NCBI GenBank assembly: GCA_964035545.1
Contig: OZ037765.1
Coordinates: 11,294,698-11,358,697, forward strand
Source: Bugula neritina
Taxonomy: Eukaryota > Animalia > Bryozoa
Length of the DNA stretch: 64,000 bases
Reading direction: 5' to 3'
In this document: positions 26,900 to 51,325 of the stretch, piece after piece
How the letters are laid out: the number at the start of each line of letters is the position of its first letter
How positions within the stretch are numbered: position 1 is the first letter of the stretch
Notes under the pieces: generated by a model
Seen by the model: only the letters and a program-made list of their open reading frames with translations
The model's database searches: none
Told to the model about the DNA's origin: nothing
Position numbers and translations under genes: made by a program

Positions 26900-27810
26900 T
26901 TTGACTTAGGTTATACTTTATAGTGATACGGATAGTGATACTCATAGTGATAGTCATACTCATACTCATACTGATACTGATAGTCATACTCATACTCATA
27001 GTCATACTTAGACTAAGTTACTCCACTAAGACAGTAAGTGTAACTTAGTGAGTAACACTAACTTAGAGTTATACTAATAGTATTAGTATTACTATTACTA
27101 TTAGTAATACTATTAGTATTACTATCAGTATCATTATTACTATTACTATTAGTATTACTCAACTATTAGTATTACTATTACTATTAGTATTAGTAATGCT
27201 AATACTAATAATTGAATAATGATAATACTAATACTAATAGTGATACTAATAGTAATAGTAATAGTAATACTATTAGTATTAGTATTACTATAACATTACT
27301 ATAACAGTATAAGTATTAGTATAACTGTAAGTTTAACTTTAACTTTAAGTTATACTTAATCTTTAAGTTTATTGTATACTTAATCTTATAGTTATAGTAT
27401 TAGTATTACATTTTGATTTAGTTTTACCATATATCTATTACTATTAGTATTACTATTACTGTTAGTATAAGTATAACTATAAGTATAACTATAAGTATAA
27501 GTATTAGTATAAGCTTAACTTTAATTGTAAATATAATATCAATATAGATAATATTAATGACTATTTGATTTGAATTTCGTTTGTTTTATAATTATACGAT
27601 TATATTTATTTAATTTAATATTCAATTTGAATATCATATATATATTGAATAATTATAATAATATTATATAATTATTAGTTCTTACTTTGAATACCTTTGA
27701 GGATATTAAACACTTGAGGTTAGAAAAGTGCCTCTATTGCATTAGTATTCTATTAGGAATATACTCTAACTCTATTCACTGTTACTGTTAGTGTTACATT
27801 TACTGTTAGT
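26900..27810. repeat. 6-bp-periodic degenerate tract, DRG2 5' region
   Basis: e.g. from 27061 ACTTAG AGTTAT ACTAAT AGTATT AGTATT ACTATT ACTATT AGTAAT ACTATT AGTATT ACTATC AGTATC. Confidence 0.85.
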
Positions 27811-28121
27811 GTTGGTTTGCAGTGTAAACTTAGTTTGGCTACAGAAGCCTCTCAGTCTTTGCTGTCCTACTAGCAATCAATGCTATTAAATGAATTGATT
27901 GTAATGCAATTGAAAAAAATATATAATTCACACAAATTATAAATACGTTAAAGAACCTGAAACATTAGGAATACATTAATATTTCTTCATATAATAACTA
28001 TAAGTTAATATGGCAGTGTATGCCAGCTAAAAATTTTTCAAGTTGTCATATTTCATCAGCTTGAATTAATGCTTTTTATTTTTGACATTACTACAGTTGG
28101 CCACTCTAGAAATATTGCAAA

Positions 28122-31100
28122 ATGGGGATACTAGAAAAAATAGCAGAGATTGAGAGAGAAATGGCAAGAACTCAAAAGAATAAAGGTTTGTTGATGTTTA
28201 GTTGGTTTATGAATGCGAATACTTTGTAACTGGTTTATAATGTAAAATTGCAATAAGTTGCTTTATACTTACTCTTTATTATAAACTGAATTTGTATGGC
28301 TGAAGCACTTACATTATAATATAAAGTATATAATATTACTTTTAGCAACTGAATATCATTTGGGTTTATTAAAAGCAAAACTTGCAAGATATCGTGCTCA
28401 GTTAATAGAACCAACTTCAAAATCAGGTCCAAAGGTTAGTATGGATTTGCTTATTGCTTATGTTGGGGTTAGTCATGTTCTACTTCCCTGTTATCCTCTG
28501 TGCAAGATTGTACAATTTCTCTCGAATGTAGCACTTACTAGGGAGGGCGTATAATCTGTTCAAAAGATGCAATTTGCTTTGATCTTCGTTAATAGCTGTT
28601 TTCTACTTTGATTCATGCTGTAAACCCGAATGTTGTCGAGAAAACAATTTATTTTTAAAAATAATCGAATATCAAAAGATTTAACAATTGTAGACACAAT
28701 TAGGTGGCAAAGACTTCACATGTTGCAGCTATAGATGTTTTGTTTCTTTAATATCCTGGCAGTGCCTCAACTGTATATTTTCGAATAGCTGTTCACAATC
28801 AATTGAAAAGATCAATTTTTCATCGTTTTTAATTAAAACATTTCAAATTACAAGGAAACCTGTTTTGTAGGGCGAAGGCTTTGATGTCCTGAAGTCAGGT
28901 GATGCAAGAGTAGCTTTAATAGGCTTCCCTTCCGTGGGAAAGGTTTGTATACTTCCTAGGTTGTTTGTAGCTATTTAATTAAAACAAATATCTTGTTTGC
29001 TTTCTATGCAGAGTGTTGCTCTTCCAGCAGTGCAGTGGATGTTAATTCACTGTCTATATGTTGTCTGTTTGATAGTCGACACTACTTACTACTGTCACGA
29101 AAACACAGAGTGAAGCAGCAGGGTATGAGTTCACTACTCTTACTTGTATCCCTGGTGTGATAGAGGTGAGCCATTACTACACACTCATGTGCTTTTGTAT
29201 TGTTTTGTTGAGATCTGATGATAAGAAAAAATCGATATCATGTCACTCTACTACCCTGCATTTCACTCATTGCTGCTATTGGTAGTAAAACCATGCTTCG
29301 AAACACTGAATGTATTTTTATGGGTGCTGTTTTTATATGGATATAACTGTTTGTTGTTCAAAGTTCTCATCAGTTTAGCAATGGGTTATGAATTTTCCAC
29401 CGAAAATCAAACCAGTACTGTATATTGCTAATTACCGCTATAAGATTTTTACACAAGTTTATTGCTTTGTTAAATTTTCATAGTGTGTCTGTCAAAATAT
29501 TACCAATTCATATATCTGCATATTTTTTTGTTAACTTTTTAATCTAGATTATCAGTATTTTTAAATTGCAGCTAGAAAATTGCTCTTAACTCATGTTTTA
29601 CTGTCGGCATGTTACCTAAAAGTAAGAGATATATTGCTGGCTCCTTGTGCTTAGGCATAATATAGTTTATCATGTAGGAATTATGTAATTGTAATATATA
29701 TGCTTTATAGTACAATGGTGCCAACATTCAACTCCTTGACCTTCCTGGAATTATTGAAGGCGCCGCTCAAGGTATGTTTCTATTCTGATCAAACTGTATG
29801 ATAATATCAGTAGGTATTACAAGCAATCAAGAGTCTTACAAGTTGTTACTTATTTTAAGGAAAGGGCCGAGGAAGACAAGTGATAGCTGTAGCTAGAACA
29901 TCCGATCTTGTAGTAATGATGCTGGATGCAACTAAAAAGGAAATACAAAAGTTAGTATTATATATCTTACAACATAATATATTTAAGTTACTTTTACTAG
30001 AAATGCTCGTTTTCAGTTAAAATGGGAGTTGTCTTTTTTAAATATAAAATATAATTGTGTGCGTATGTGTTTGTAAACTATTTTGTTTATGCTAAATGGT
30101 TCTATTTTGTTAACTCTGAATGGTTTGTAGAGAGTTGCTGGAGACAGAACTTGAAGCTGTTGGCATCAGGCTGAATAAACAAAGACCAAATATATATTTT
30201 AAACAGAAAAAAGCTGGAGGCATCAAGTTCACGGCTACCTTAAACCTTACCAAGTGTGATGAGAAGATGGTGCAGAATATTCTCCATGATTTCAGTATCT
30301 TTTGTACAACAAAGATGCTAAATGAAAATCTTGATTTAAACATATAGAAAGTATGTTTGCTAAAGCTGCAATTGTCAATGCTTAACTACAGCTTAGTTAT
30401 TGCATTGAATTTAATAGTTCTTCACACCTTCACCTCAAAATTCATCTTTACCACTTCAACATCTCCCCAAATGTTATTAAGTGTTATATAAACTTTACTA
30501 GATGCATTATTAGATTGTCTTGGATTATCTCTGCTCATCTTTTTCTAAAATCATTTTTTGATGAGATGGTTACAGAAATTTAAAAAAAGTCCTTAATTCA
30601 ATTAATAAGAAATATTCAATGCTGATGTGATATTCCGAGAAGACTGCACATGTGATGATTTCATAGATGTCATAATTGGAAACAGAGTGTACATGTCATG
30701 TCTTTACGTAAGTATTCGAATTTTTTTTTAACTTCCACTAGAGATATTTTGTTATTAAAGTTCTGGTCAGTGCAGTTTGATGGTTAGTTAACTGTGTGTA
30801 TATTGAAAAGAAATCACAGCTGGTGTTTTAACCTATCAAGTTAGAGATTATAAATAACTCTGGGGTTGGTTAAACTAAGATGTCAAAAGTTGTGAAGCCA
30901 ATGACTTAAAATAAAGGTTGCCTAGACTGAGACTTGAGCTATTACTGGGTATAGACCTTTTTAAAGCACATATTTCAACTAACATGAAAAATTTATATAA
31001 AGATAATTGTATAAAAAATATACTGACGTTTATAGCTTATTGGGGAAAATGTTATAAGGGGTGAATTAAAATTTTTAAGAAGTTTTGGTTTGCTGGTTAT

Positions 31101-33174
31101 TTAATAGGAAAAGTTCATTACTTTATGTCTATTTCTATGCATAACTTGTTGACTGCTAACTTCTTGGAATAGCTGCTTCACACTTGCATAAAGTCAGATT
31201 TCATTTGCGACATGAGAATATACCCAGCTGTGTCTCAGTTTGACACACTCCTTAAATCTCCACATTAAGCATTTAGAGTGTCACTCCATAAGGCATATTA
31301 ATTATTAAACTAAGGCAATTATTACTAAACTAAGCGGCACACATGAAAAATTGTTCTTTATATATATGTTTGAGCAGTACTAAGATAAAGTATAATATAT
31401 GAATTCTCTAATCAGATTTTTATGCAAGAGCTGACAATTCTACGTGAAGTTAAGTACAGTAAAACAATCCTTTAATTGGTTAGCCTAGTAACATGGTTTA
31501 AACAAATAACTTGAGCATTTATGAAACAGAATTCTCATCTCAAATTAAATAAAGAGCAATAATAGTTTTCATTATTAATGCTAGTTTTAGTATCTTGTCG
31601 GTTTTCTTGGCATGGTTATTAAATAATTTTTTTCAACAGCTATTTTAATTGTAATTTCTGCACATCAATCTTTTTGACGATCATTTAATTTAATTTCATC
31701 AAGTTATGGACCTCTAAATTAAAACGCACATATTTTCATTTGTCAATAATTAAAATTTTTAAAAGCATTTTATAGCAACACATAGTATTGAATACTGAAT
31801 CGTTGCTGATACTTACATATGGGTGTTTACTAGAAAATACTACCTTAATGATGTTACACTATAGGAATATTAGCACCTTGTAAGGGACGATATTTATGTA
31901 TTTTGTTTATAGGAACAGTTTTGTTATTTGTAGGTCTACAATAAGATTGATCAGATATCAATGGAGGAGGTAGACAGGCTGGCTCGAAGACCTCATAGTA
32001 TAGTCATTAGGTACTAGACTAATCTCTGTATATCTACACTTAGACTAATAGCACATTCCACACAGTTCTGTATATCTACACTTAGACTAATAGCACATTC
32101 CACACAGTTCTGTATATCTACACTTAGACTAATAGCGTGATCCACACAGTTCTGTATATCTACGGTTCTCTGCGGTCGCATATGTATCTTGATTAAATGT
32201 TAAAAAGTCATTAAATGTTGTCAGATCCATATTTGACAATATTAAATGATCCTATTTGTTTGTCCATAAAATTTCTTTGGGCACTCATTACAATACCAAA
32301 ATTGGTTAGGTATTATAGTCCTCCTATAATTACATAGTATGAAAATGCTAAATGCTATATTTTATCATGTATCTTTGTTGCTATAAAAGTTCTAAATGTT
32401 TTAACACAAATTTTATATTTTTTATTGAGGTTTTAAGTTGACTGTATATAAAATTTGATGGGAAGGCGAAATTTTCAACATATTAAATGTGAATCTTAAT
32501 AATTATGATTTACAGCTGTAACATGAAACTCAACATGGACTATTTTGTGGAAGAACTGTGGGAGCACCTGAGTCTGATGAGAGTGTACACTAAAAGACAA
32601 GGCAAGAAACCAGACTTTGAAGATCCACTTATACTTCGAGGTGGATGTACTATAGAACATGTGGTAGGTTTGATTTGCTAACCAATCAAGGTTGGTTGAA
32701 GTTGTCTGTTCATTGCAACACCATATAATAGCCAACTGCACTATATTGTGTTACAGTCACTGTATACAATATTAAAATAGGCTTTAAATTTTACAATCTG
32801 CATATTATCTGTTTTCTACTATTTTGTATTTTAGTGTCATGCAATCCATAGAACTATAGTTGCCCAGTTCCGTTATGCCCTGGTTTGGGTGAGTACTAAA
32901 TCTAGGATATATGGTGGTCTAAATTTTGCTATTTTTTACTATCTGATATTTATGTTCTTTCATATCGTAGAGTTTCTACATAATATGTGTACTACTACAT
33001 AATATGGATTTTTCAAATATAAGAAAAGGTTGTCATTTCTTACAGTCTGTAGAAACTCACTGACACCAGTTACTTGTTTTGTTGCAGGGGAGGAGCTGCA
33101 AGTTCAGCCCACAGAGAGTTGGAATCAGTCATACTGTATGCAATGATGACGTTGTGCAAATAGTCAAGAAATGA
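28122..33174 (+). CDS. DRG2: Developmentally regulated GTP-binding protein 2 (OBG family GTPase)
   Basis: Starts [21 protein letters not shown]; '[19 protein letters not shown]', '[11 protein letters not shown]', '[23 protein letters not shown]', '[19 protein letters not shown]'; TGS domain ends 'DDVVQIVKK*'. Confidence 0.96.
30295..30609 (+). other. U12-type (minor spliceosome) GT-AG intron in DRG2
   Basis: 5' site GTATCTTTT (consensus GTATCCTTT), branch site TCCTTAAT at 30590-30597 about 13 nt from the AG, no pyrimidine tract; splicing restores '[18 protein letters not shown]'. Confidence 0.88.
32026..32163 (+). repeat. 42-bp minisatellite, ~3.3 copies, in a DRG2 intron
   Basis: Unit CTGTATATCTACACTTAGACTAATAGCACATTCCACACAGTT starts at 32026, 32068, 32110 and 32152. 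Confidence 0.95.
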
Positions 33175-35640
33175 TTTACTTGAATGTTTTAGAATGATAG
33201 TTTGTACTATGCTATATATACGACGCCTTGCTATTTTTATAAACATCAGTGCTTATATAATTTGAAATTGTATCATCATATTTGCAATACAGTACATAAT
33301 ATATAGTTGCAGCACCTGATATTGCATCAATTTCTTTACGCGACGTAGAACTATAGACTTAATTTCTATTCATGGATAACTTTCATCATGCTGTTTTGAA
33401 AAGACGTAACTTTTAGTTATGCTAACAATCTCCATACCAATCTAACAATTATGCCAATTATAATTACTCCTACATTATGGCAGACCAGTTTATTTCAAGA
33501 GATGGGAAACTGGAGTATTGCATTACCAGCATATATTATGATTATATAAACGGGTGCTAATGAACCCATAGAGTCCTAACCACCTTCAGGAACTGTAAAA
33601 CACAATGGATTATCCTTTAGGAGACACTATCATATTTTATACATCAAAACAGACTACAAGCTGTGCCAATAGCCTAATATTGATCAAATTATTCAGAATA
33701 TATTATTGGAAGCTTTACCAATAAATTATGTGATTGTTTGTAATGATCATACATCTGATGGTGGCATAGATTATAATGACCTTTATAGATTTGTGTCTTC
33801 ATTTGAACCACAAATTTTAAACAATCCTAAGTAATTTAGATTTATTCAACCCGTAAACACTGAATTTTTTAAGGCATCACAATATATCTGTATACAGAAG
33901 ATTTGAACTAGTGACTAGCAGAATAGTGCTTGCAAGGCTAGTTATTAGAATTATACTTGTCAGGTTGAGGAGATTGTAGAGAACATGGACACCTTATAGC
34001 TCCGGAGATGACATTGCTCAACTCATGGTGTTTTCTCTAGCTCCAAATAGCTGAAAATTTTCTCGATCTACTACATAGCAGATCTGATACACTTGGCAAT
34101 ACCTTTCTACTTACCAAACACATTTAAGGCCTTCTAGTTTTATTTTGATGTAGGTTTATTTTTGTTACATACTTTTTGTTACGTGCTCATTTAGATATTG
34201 ATGCTGAACTTCAGTTTAATTTTTTCAAGTGTTTTCTAGTTGCAGCTGTAAACACACATACCAATCAAACTACAAATATTTATATGTTTGCCCAGCTCTG
34301 CTTGGTGCATTTTGGATCTGTGTTTATAAAATAAATGTTATGATTAGTATACCTTAGCCTGATAACTTCTTTTAGTTAACTCCAACATATTCTGTTTCTG
34401 TATGTCATCAGCTGTTTAAACTATTGGGCAATTTTTATTTGAATATGAAACCTCTATTGTTTTTATTTTTACACTTGCATATATCGCCAATGATGTGGCT
34501 TAAATTGAATTATTGCTGCAGAGTATTGTGGTTATGAAAGTCTCTTGTTTGCATGATGTCAAGCATTCAGATGTAGCTGACTTTTCTATTGCTTTTGTTA
34601 GTATTTTCATATAGTGTTGTTTTGGAAATTTATTTTTTATAATGTTTTAGTGTTTTGGCAATCTTTGCAGTTGCATGTTAACTGAAAGGAAAATTGTACC
34701 AAATGATGTAATTTTCAGCTTCATTTGTGCTGTACTAGGTTTCTTTGTGGCTTTAAAATTAATGAAAATGTTAGTTCACTTTTGGTTTAGTGCATTGTTT
34801 AGATGTAGGTTAATGTTTCCAAGTTTTGAAATTTTTGTAGGTTTGAATTAAAAACTTGAGTCAACTTTAAGTATTTTACATAACTATTTTTTCCACTGGC
34901 TTATATTTTGTTCTTCTCTAGTTTTTTTATTGATCTCTACGAGGTCATCATTTTTATGAATTTCAAAGTTTTACATGTGCTATTTTGTAAAAATATCTAA
35001 ATGGAATGCTACAAACTCTGGGGTTTCACTGTATCCTTTATATGAAATCAGTTGGAGTTATTTTCCCCACGCTTGTCCAGATTTGAACAACAGAGATTTT
35101 TCCCATATAGGTAATATTTTTCCTCTTCATTAATATTGTTAACTAATGATGCAAAGTTTAAGACTCTTCTTAGAAGACTTGATATCAATGAGTGGAAATT
35201 TCCTACAACCAGCAAGAGTGTCTGCAAACTAAAAGTGAACACTCTAGATGTTACACAAAAAAATTTGCTGATTAGAGAATATCAGGTATATCCCATTGAC
35301 CTGGAAAAGATATTTTGAGTTCAGTGGTGTATCCGCAAAGCCATGCCGTAGGTGCGTGCTCCACCAGCCAATTTTTGCATGTTGACACTATTACTATTAG
35401 CAATAATCTTATTATGATGAAGTTTTAAAAAAGGCGGCTTACGTTGACTAAAGAGTTATCTATCCTTTATTCTGCATTAACAATTTTTATTTAATAATAA
35501 AACTCAATATATGCATAATTAAATTTTGTTTTGATGCTTTAAAATCATTTTAAAAATTGTTAAATTAACAATTATGCTTTAAAAACGTTGTAAAATAATC
35601 TGTTACGTTTCCAAACGTGTAGTTTGTTGGCAAAGCTTAT

Positions 35641-35654
35641 GTCACGTGACTTCC
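35641..35654. promoter_or_regulatory. SEC61A promoter: palindromic E-box GTCACGTGAC overlapping an ETS-like ACTTCC
   Basis: GTCACGTGACTTCC about 120 bp upstream of the SEC61A ATG in otherwise CpG-poor DNA. Confidence 0.6.
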
Positions 35655-35771
35655 TTTCCACATCCACATACAGAGTTTTTCTTCCAAAGCCGGTCATTCA
35701 TTTGAATGTTTTGGTGAATTTTGGTACACATCTTTCGTATATCTTGCTGAGAAGACGATACTAAAGTTAGA

Positions 35772-40472
<4,701 letters not shown>

Positions 40473-40984
40473 AGTGACTTTAATAGATTCCATATTAGCA
40501 CATTGTATATAATTGAAATATTACCAAAAATATTTCGCACATTAGATTTTGAGTGTCAACTGGCGAAGATAGAGATATATACTTCTAGTATTCTTATACG
40601 CATCTATTAATAAACCTACTCTACTTGTATAAAGCTGGATATTAATGGAGGCACAGAGCTAATGTACAGTTTCTTCTGTTAGCCATTATAGCATTCATAA
40701 TACTATAAGATTATACACATATCTATCATTACTAACCTAGTAAAGATGTCAATGTCCACATTAGCTGCAATTCATTTACTTAGATTTATTTGTTTTCAAA
40801 ATGATTATATTGTGTAAGTCCAAATATTTAATAATTACACTAATATAAAGTATTTACAATATATGTCCAAGGTGTGAATGCTGTCACAAAGTCAATGTGA
40901 ATAAAACAATGAATGGCTGCATGAGTTCATTCATAAACTTCAAAAACTATGCCATGTATGCCATGTAAAATGAGGAATCTACCA

Positions 40985-47693
<6,709 letters not shown>

Positions 47694-48479
47694 TCTCACT
47701 TCTTAGTTCATCTGTTGGGCTGCACTGTCAGTAATTAATCAGCAAAAATATAACTAAAAGCAAATAAGTGGTGCTTGCTAGAAGGAGAAAATGCTTTCAA
47801 TATATTTTCAAATGACTCCATTATATCAAATTTCACATTTAATGATTGGTTTTGGATATCAAACACCAGATATATTATTATAATGCAATTAAATTTTAAA
47901 CCGAAGAGCTGGCATAGGGTTGTGGTAGTAATTTGAGAGGTTTAAAACTACTTATAGACATAGACTCAGTCATAGTGGGAGAGCACTTTGTTGCAGAACT
48001 TTGTAAAATTTACATGATTACAATTTTCCTTCTGCATTATTCTAAGATTAAGAAGTGATTGAGCCTGTATACCCTTTAGGCAAAGAGTTATTGCAGTAAG
48101 CATAGGAAAACATCTACTGAAGTTTATTATTCAAACTGCCACAGGCTTTGAGGTCGGCTCTTCTCATATCATTAATAATAAATATAACCATACATACCAA
48201 TTATTATAATCTATCAATTGCACTCATTATTAGTATTTTAATTATTATTACTATTATATTTAAATTATTCTATGATTTAAATTACATTAACTCATTAGCA
48301 ATATTATTATCATTGATAGAAATGCTTAGATTAAGTTTATAGCCTAAGTTTTTAATTTAAAGTTGATTCAACTGATTAATATAATTATATGCAGTTATTA
48401 ATTATATATATCGTATATAATTATTGTCATTATAAGTATAAGCACCAAGTTTATTATATCTTACCTTAATGATTAATTA

Positions 48480-51325
48480 TTAAATTCACTATTACTAGAG
48501 TAAGAGTTAGTATTACGATTTACTTTTAGCATAAAAAATGACATTAATTACAATTATCCTTATTATACTGTCTTATTATAACGCTAACAGTGAATGTAAG
48601 TAATACTGAAAATGAATAATGATTATCATCAATTATAAAAGTTATAATTTAATAATAGTACTAATAGTAATACTAGTAGTAGTAGTATCAGTATTAGTGC
48701 CAATATTTATTTATAACTTTTATAATAATAATTAATGATATTCAGTTTTCCCTTTTAGTATTACTTACATTCACTGTTACTGTGACTGAGTCATTGTATT
48801 ACTATTAATAATAGTAAGATAATACTAACTCTAAGTCATACTGATAGACCATTGTAAAATGTAATGCCAAGCCTAATCAAAGAACTAATGAGTAATGGCC
48901 TAAAGAGCAAAGGCTAAATCTAATGCAGATGCTTACTCAATGCCAATGCTATTGCTGCTAGTGCTACGATTATATTTAATTTTACAAGCTTTATGATAAT
49001 CACAATGATAATGATATCTTAATTTAAAGTTAGACTATTAGTATTACTATAAGTATAACTTATAAGTTACACTTACCTATATGAATATAACTCAAACTAT
49101 AAGTAATAGTTATAAGTTATAGTATAAGTAAAAGTTTAAGTTAAAGTTAGCTCTGTGACAGTGATAGTGATCGTCACACTCACTATCATTATGACTATTA
49201 GTAAAATATATCATTATCAAAAAGAAATAAGAACCCGCCACCTGATCACTATCAGTACATGGCGGTGAAAGGAGAACAATAAGAAATAAGAATCATAACA
49301 AGAATTAAATTTAATCAACTATAAATAAGCAACATAAATATAAATTGGAATATAAAAACAAAATGAGAATATGAAATTGGGTATCAATATGAATATGAAT
49401 CTCAATATAAAATGATTCCGAATTAGTATTACAAAATTACTAGGTAACTATGGAAAACTGCCCACATTACTCCCATCCACAAGTCTGGGAGTAAACAGGA
49501 TGCTAATAACCACCGACCAATCTCTCTAACTAGTGTTCTAAACTACTGGAACATATATTGCTCAGAAATCTATTGGAAAAAATTGACAATTGGCTTTGCA
49601 ATAGACAACAGGGTTTTAGAAAAAGGTTCTCATGTGAAACCCAGATTCATGTTACCTTACATGAAATAATAAGTGCAACGGATAAGAAGTCTAACATACA
49701 CGCTGCAGTTCTAGACCTGTCAAATGCCTTTGATAGAGTAACACACGCATTGCTAATACAAAAACTGTCAAGCATCCCTGAAATAGACAGCTACCTGCTC
49801 TAATGGATTTATGACTGCATATGTAACAGGTCTCAAACAGCGGTGCTGGATGGTGCTAAATCCAGCTCACTTCCTTGACTTCTGGAGTCCTACAAGGCTC
49901 GGTTCTGGGCTGTATTATTTCTGGTGTATATCAACGATCTCCCAAGCCATGTCAACTGCCCCTGTTGGCCTCTTTGCCGATGCTACCTTGATGTACCAAA
50001 TTGTTAACAACCCGACTCACGAGATGAGATTCCAAGCCAACCTTGACTCACTAAACACCTGGGCAAAGATGTAAGGCTTGTGCTTTAATGCCAAAAAGAG
50101 CAAGATATTTGCTTTTCAGTCTCGGGGCACAGTTCCACAGTATACAATGAATAATACTGTACTAGAGCACACAGATCACTGCAAATATCTGAGAGTGATA
50201 CTACAGTCGGACATGAAGTTCGTGTGCCACATAGCCAACAAAATATGCGATGCAAATCAGTATGATCAGGAGAACACTCTACTGGGCACCAGATAGAGAG
50301 CCAGACTGATAGCTTACAAGTCTCTTTGCTGTCCTCACTTAGAATATGCCTTATGTGCCTGGAACCCATTTTCAAACAGAGAGATAGAGGCCCTACAAAT
50401 GGTCTAGAATCAAGGGGTGCGAATGATCAGTATATTAAAGGGCAGACGAGGGGTCACAGAGGCCAAGGAGAGACTCTAACTACAACAACTGGATGTTCAG
50501 CGAAAAAACTCTCAAGTGAAACGACTGCATGAGATACTCTCGAAAGAGGATTCACATCCTGCTCTCAGCGCATCTTATGATGAAATTATTAATCAGCCTC
50601 CGGCCAGTCCAGACAAGAGCTATTACCAAAAATAAACCACGGTCTATTTCCACAACTGGCAACTGCTTACATAACAGCTTCTCCGCCGTACAATACGAGA
50701 CCTGAAGAAATAAAAATAACTGACCAGACCTGCTGTTGCCCCTAACCCATGGGATTGTATTCTGGAACAATCACAATGGCCTTATCATAGAAAAATGTCC
50801 AAAAATTGAGGCACACCCCGGGCCTTTACTCTTAGGGCCCCTAGGTGATCTAGCGTGATGACACTGTTAATGTAAGTTGATGTTGTAATTAGCAGTATTA
50901 CTATTACTATTAGTATTACCATTAGTATTAGAATTGACTTATAATATCAGTATGATTATGAGTATGACTATGAGTATGCTTTATTATACAGTGTATGAGT
51001 ACCAGTAGCAGTAATCAGTATGACTATGAGTATCAGTATGACTATGATAATCAGTTTCATACCAATAGTGATAGATATACTCATAGTATGAGTATCAGTA
51101 TATCTATCAGTATCACTATCACTATGAGTGTATGACTATCGGTATGAAACTGATTATCACTCGTAGTCATTTACTGTAACAGTAACAGTAAGTATAACAC
51201 TTACAGTTACACTAACAGTTAGTGTTACAGTGACTGTAAGACTAAGAGTAAGTGTAAAACTAAAACTAAAAGTAAACCAAAAAAAATCAAAATCAAAATG
51301 TGATTCAAATTGAAATTGAAATTGT
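48480..51325. repeat. 6-bp-periodic degenerate tract 5' of TMEM209, split by the LINE insertion
   Basis: e.g. ACTGTA ACAGTA ACAGTA AGTATA ACACTT ACAGTT ACACTA ACAGTT AGTGTT ACAGTG ACTGTA AGACTA AGAGTA AGTGTA AAACTA (51173-51262). Confidence 0.8.
49448..50885 (+). mobile_element. 5'-truncated, decayed non-LTR retrotransposon (CR1/L2/Jockey-group RT pseudogene)
   Basis: Broken frames give 'WKTAHITPIHKSG', 'NHRPISLTSV', 'QQGFRKRFSCETQ', 'AVLDLSNAFDRVTH', 'TSGVLQGSVLG', 'FLVYINDLP', 'LFADAT', 'FNAKKSK'; multiple stops and frameshifts. Confidence 0.93.

Noticed and set aside
28445-28560. Two-hairpin segment in a DRG2 intron as an H/ACA snoRNA
   Set aside because: Stems exist but there is no properly placed H box or ACA.
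32026-32163. CRISPR-like look of repeated 42-mers
   Set aside because: Units are contiguous and near identical with no unique spacers, in a eukaryotic intron; an ordinary minisatellite.
33400-35380. Possible gene or transposase between DRG2 and SEC61A
   Set aside because: No recognisable protein motif or consistent exon chain; at most unclassifiable decayed repeat.
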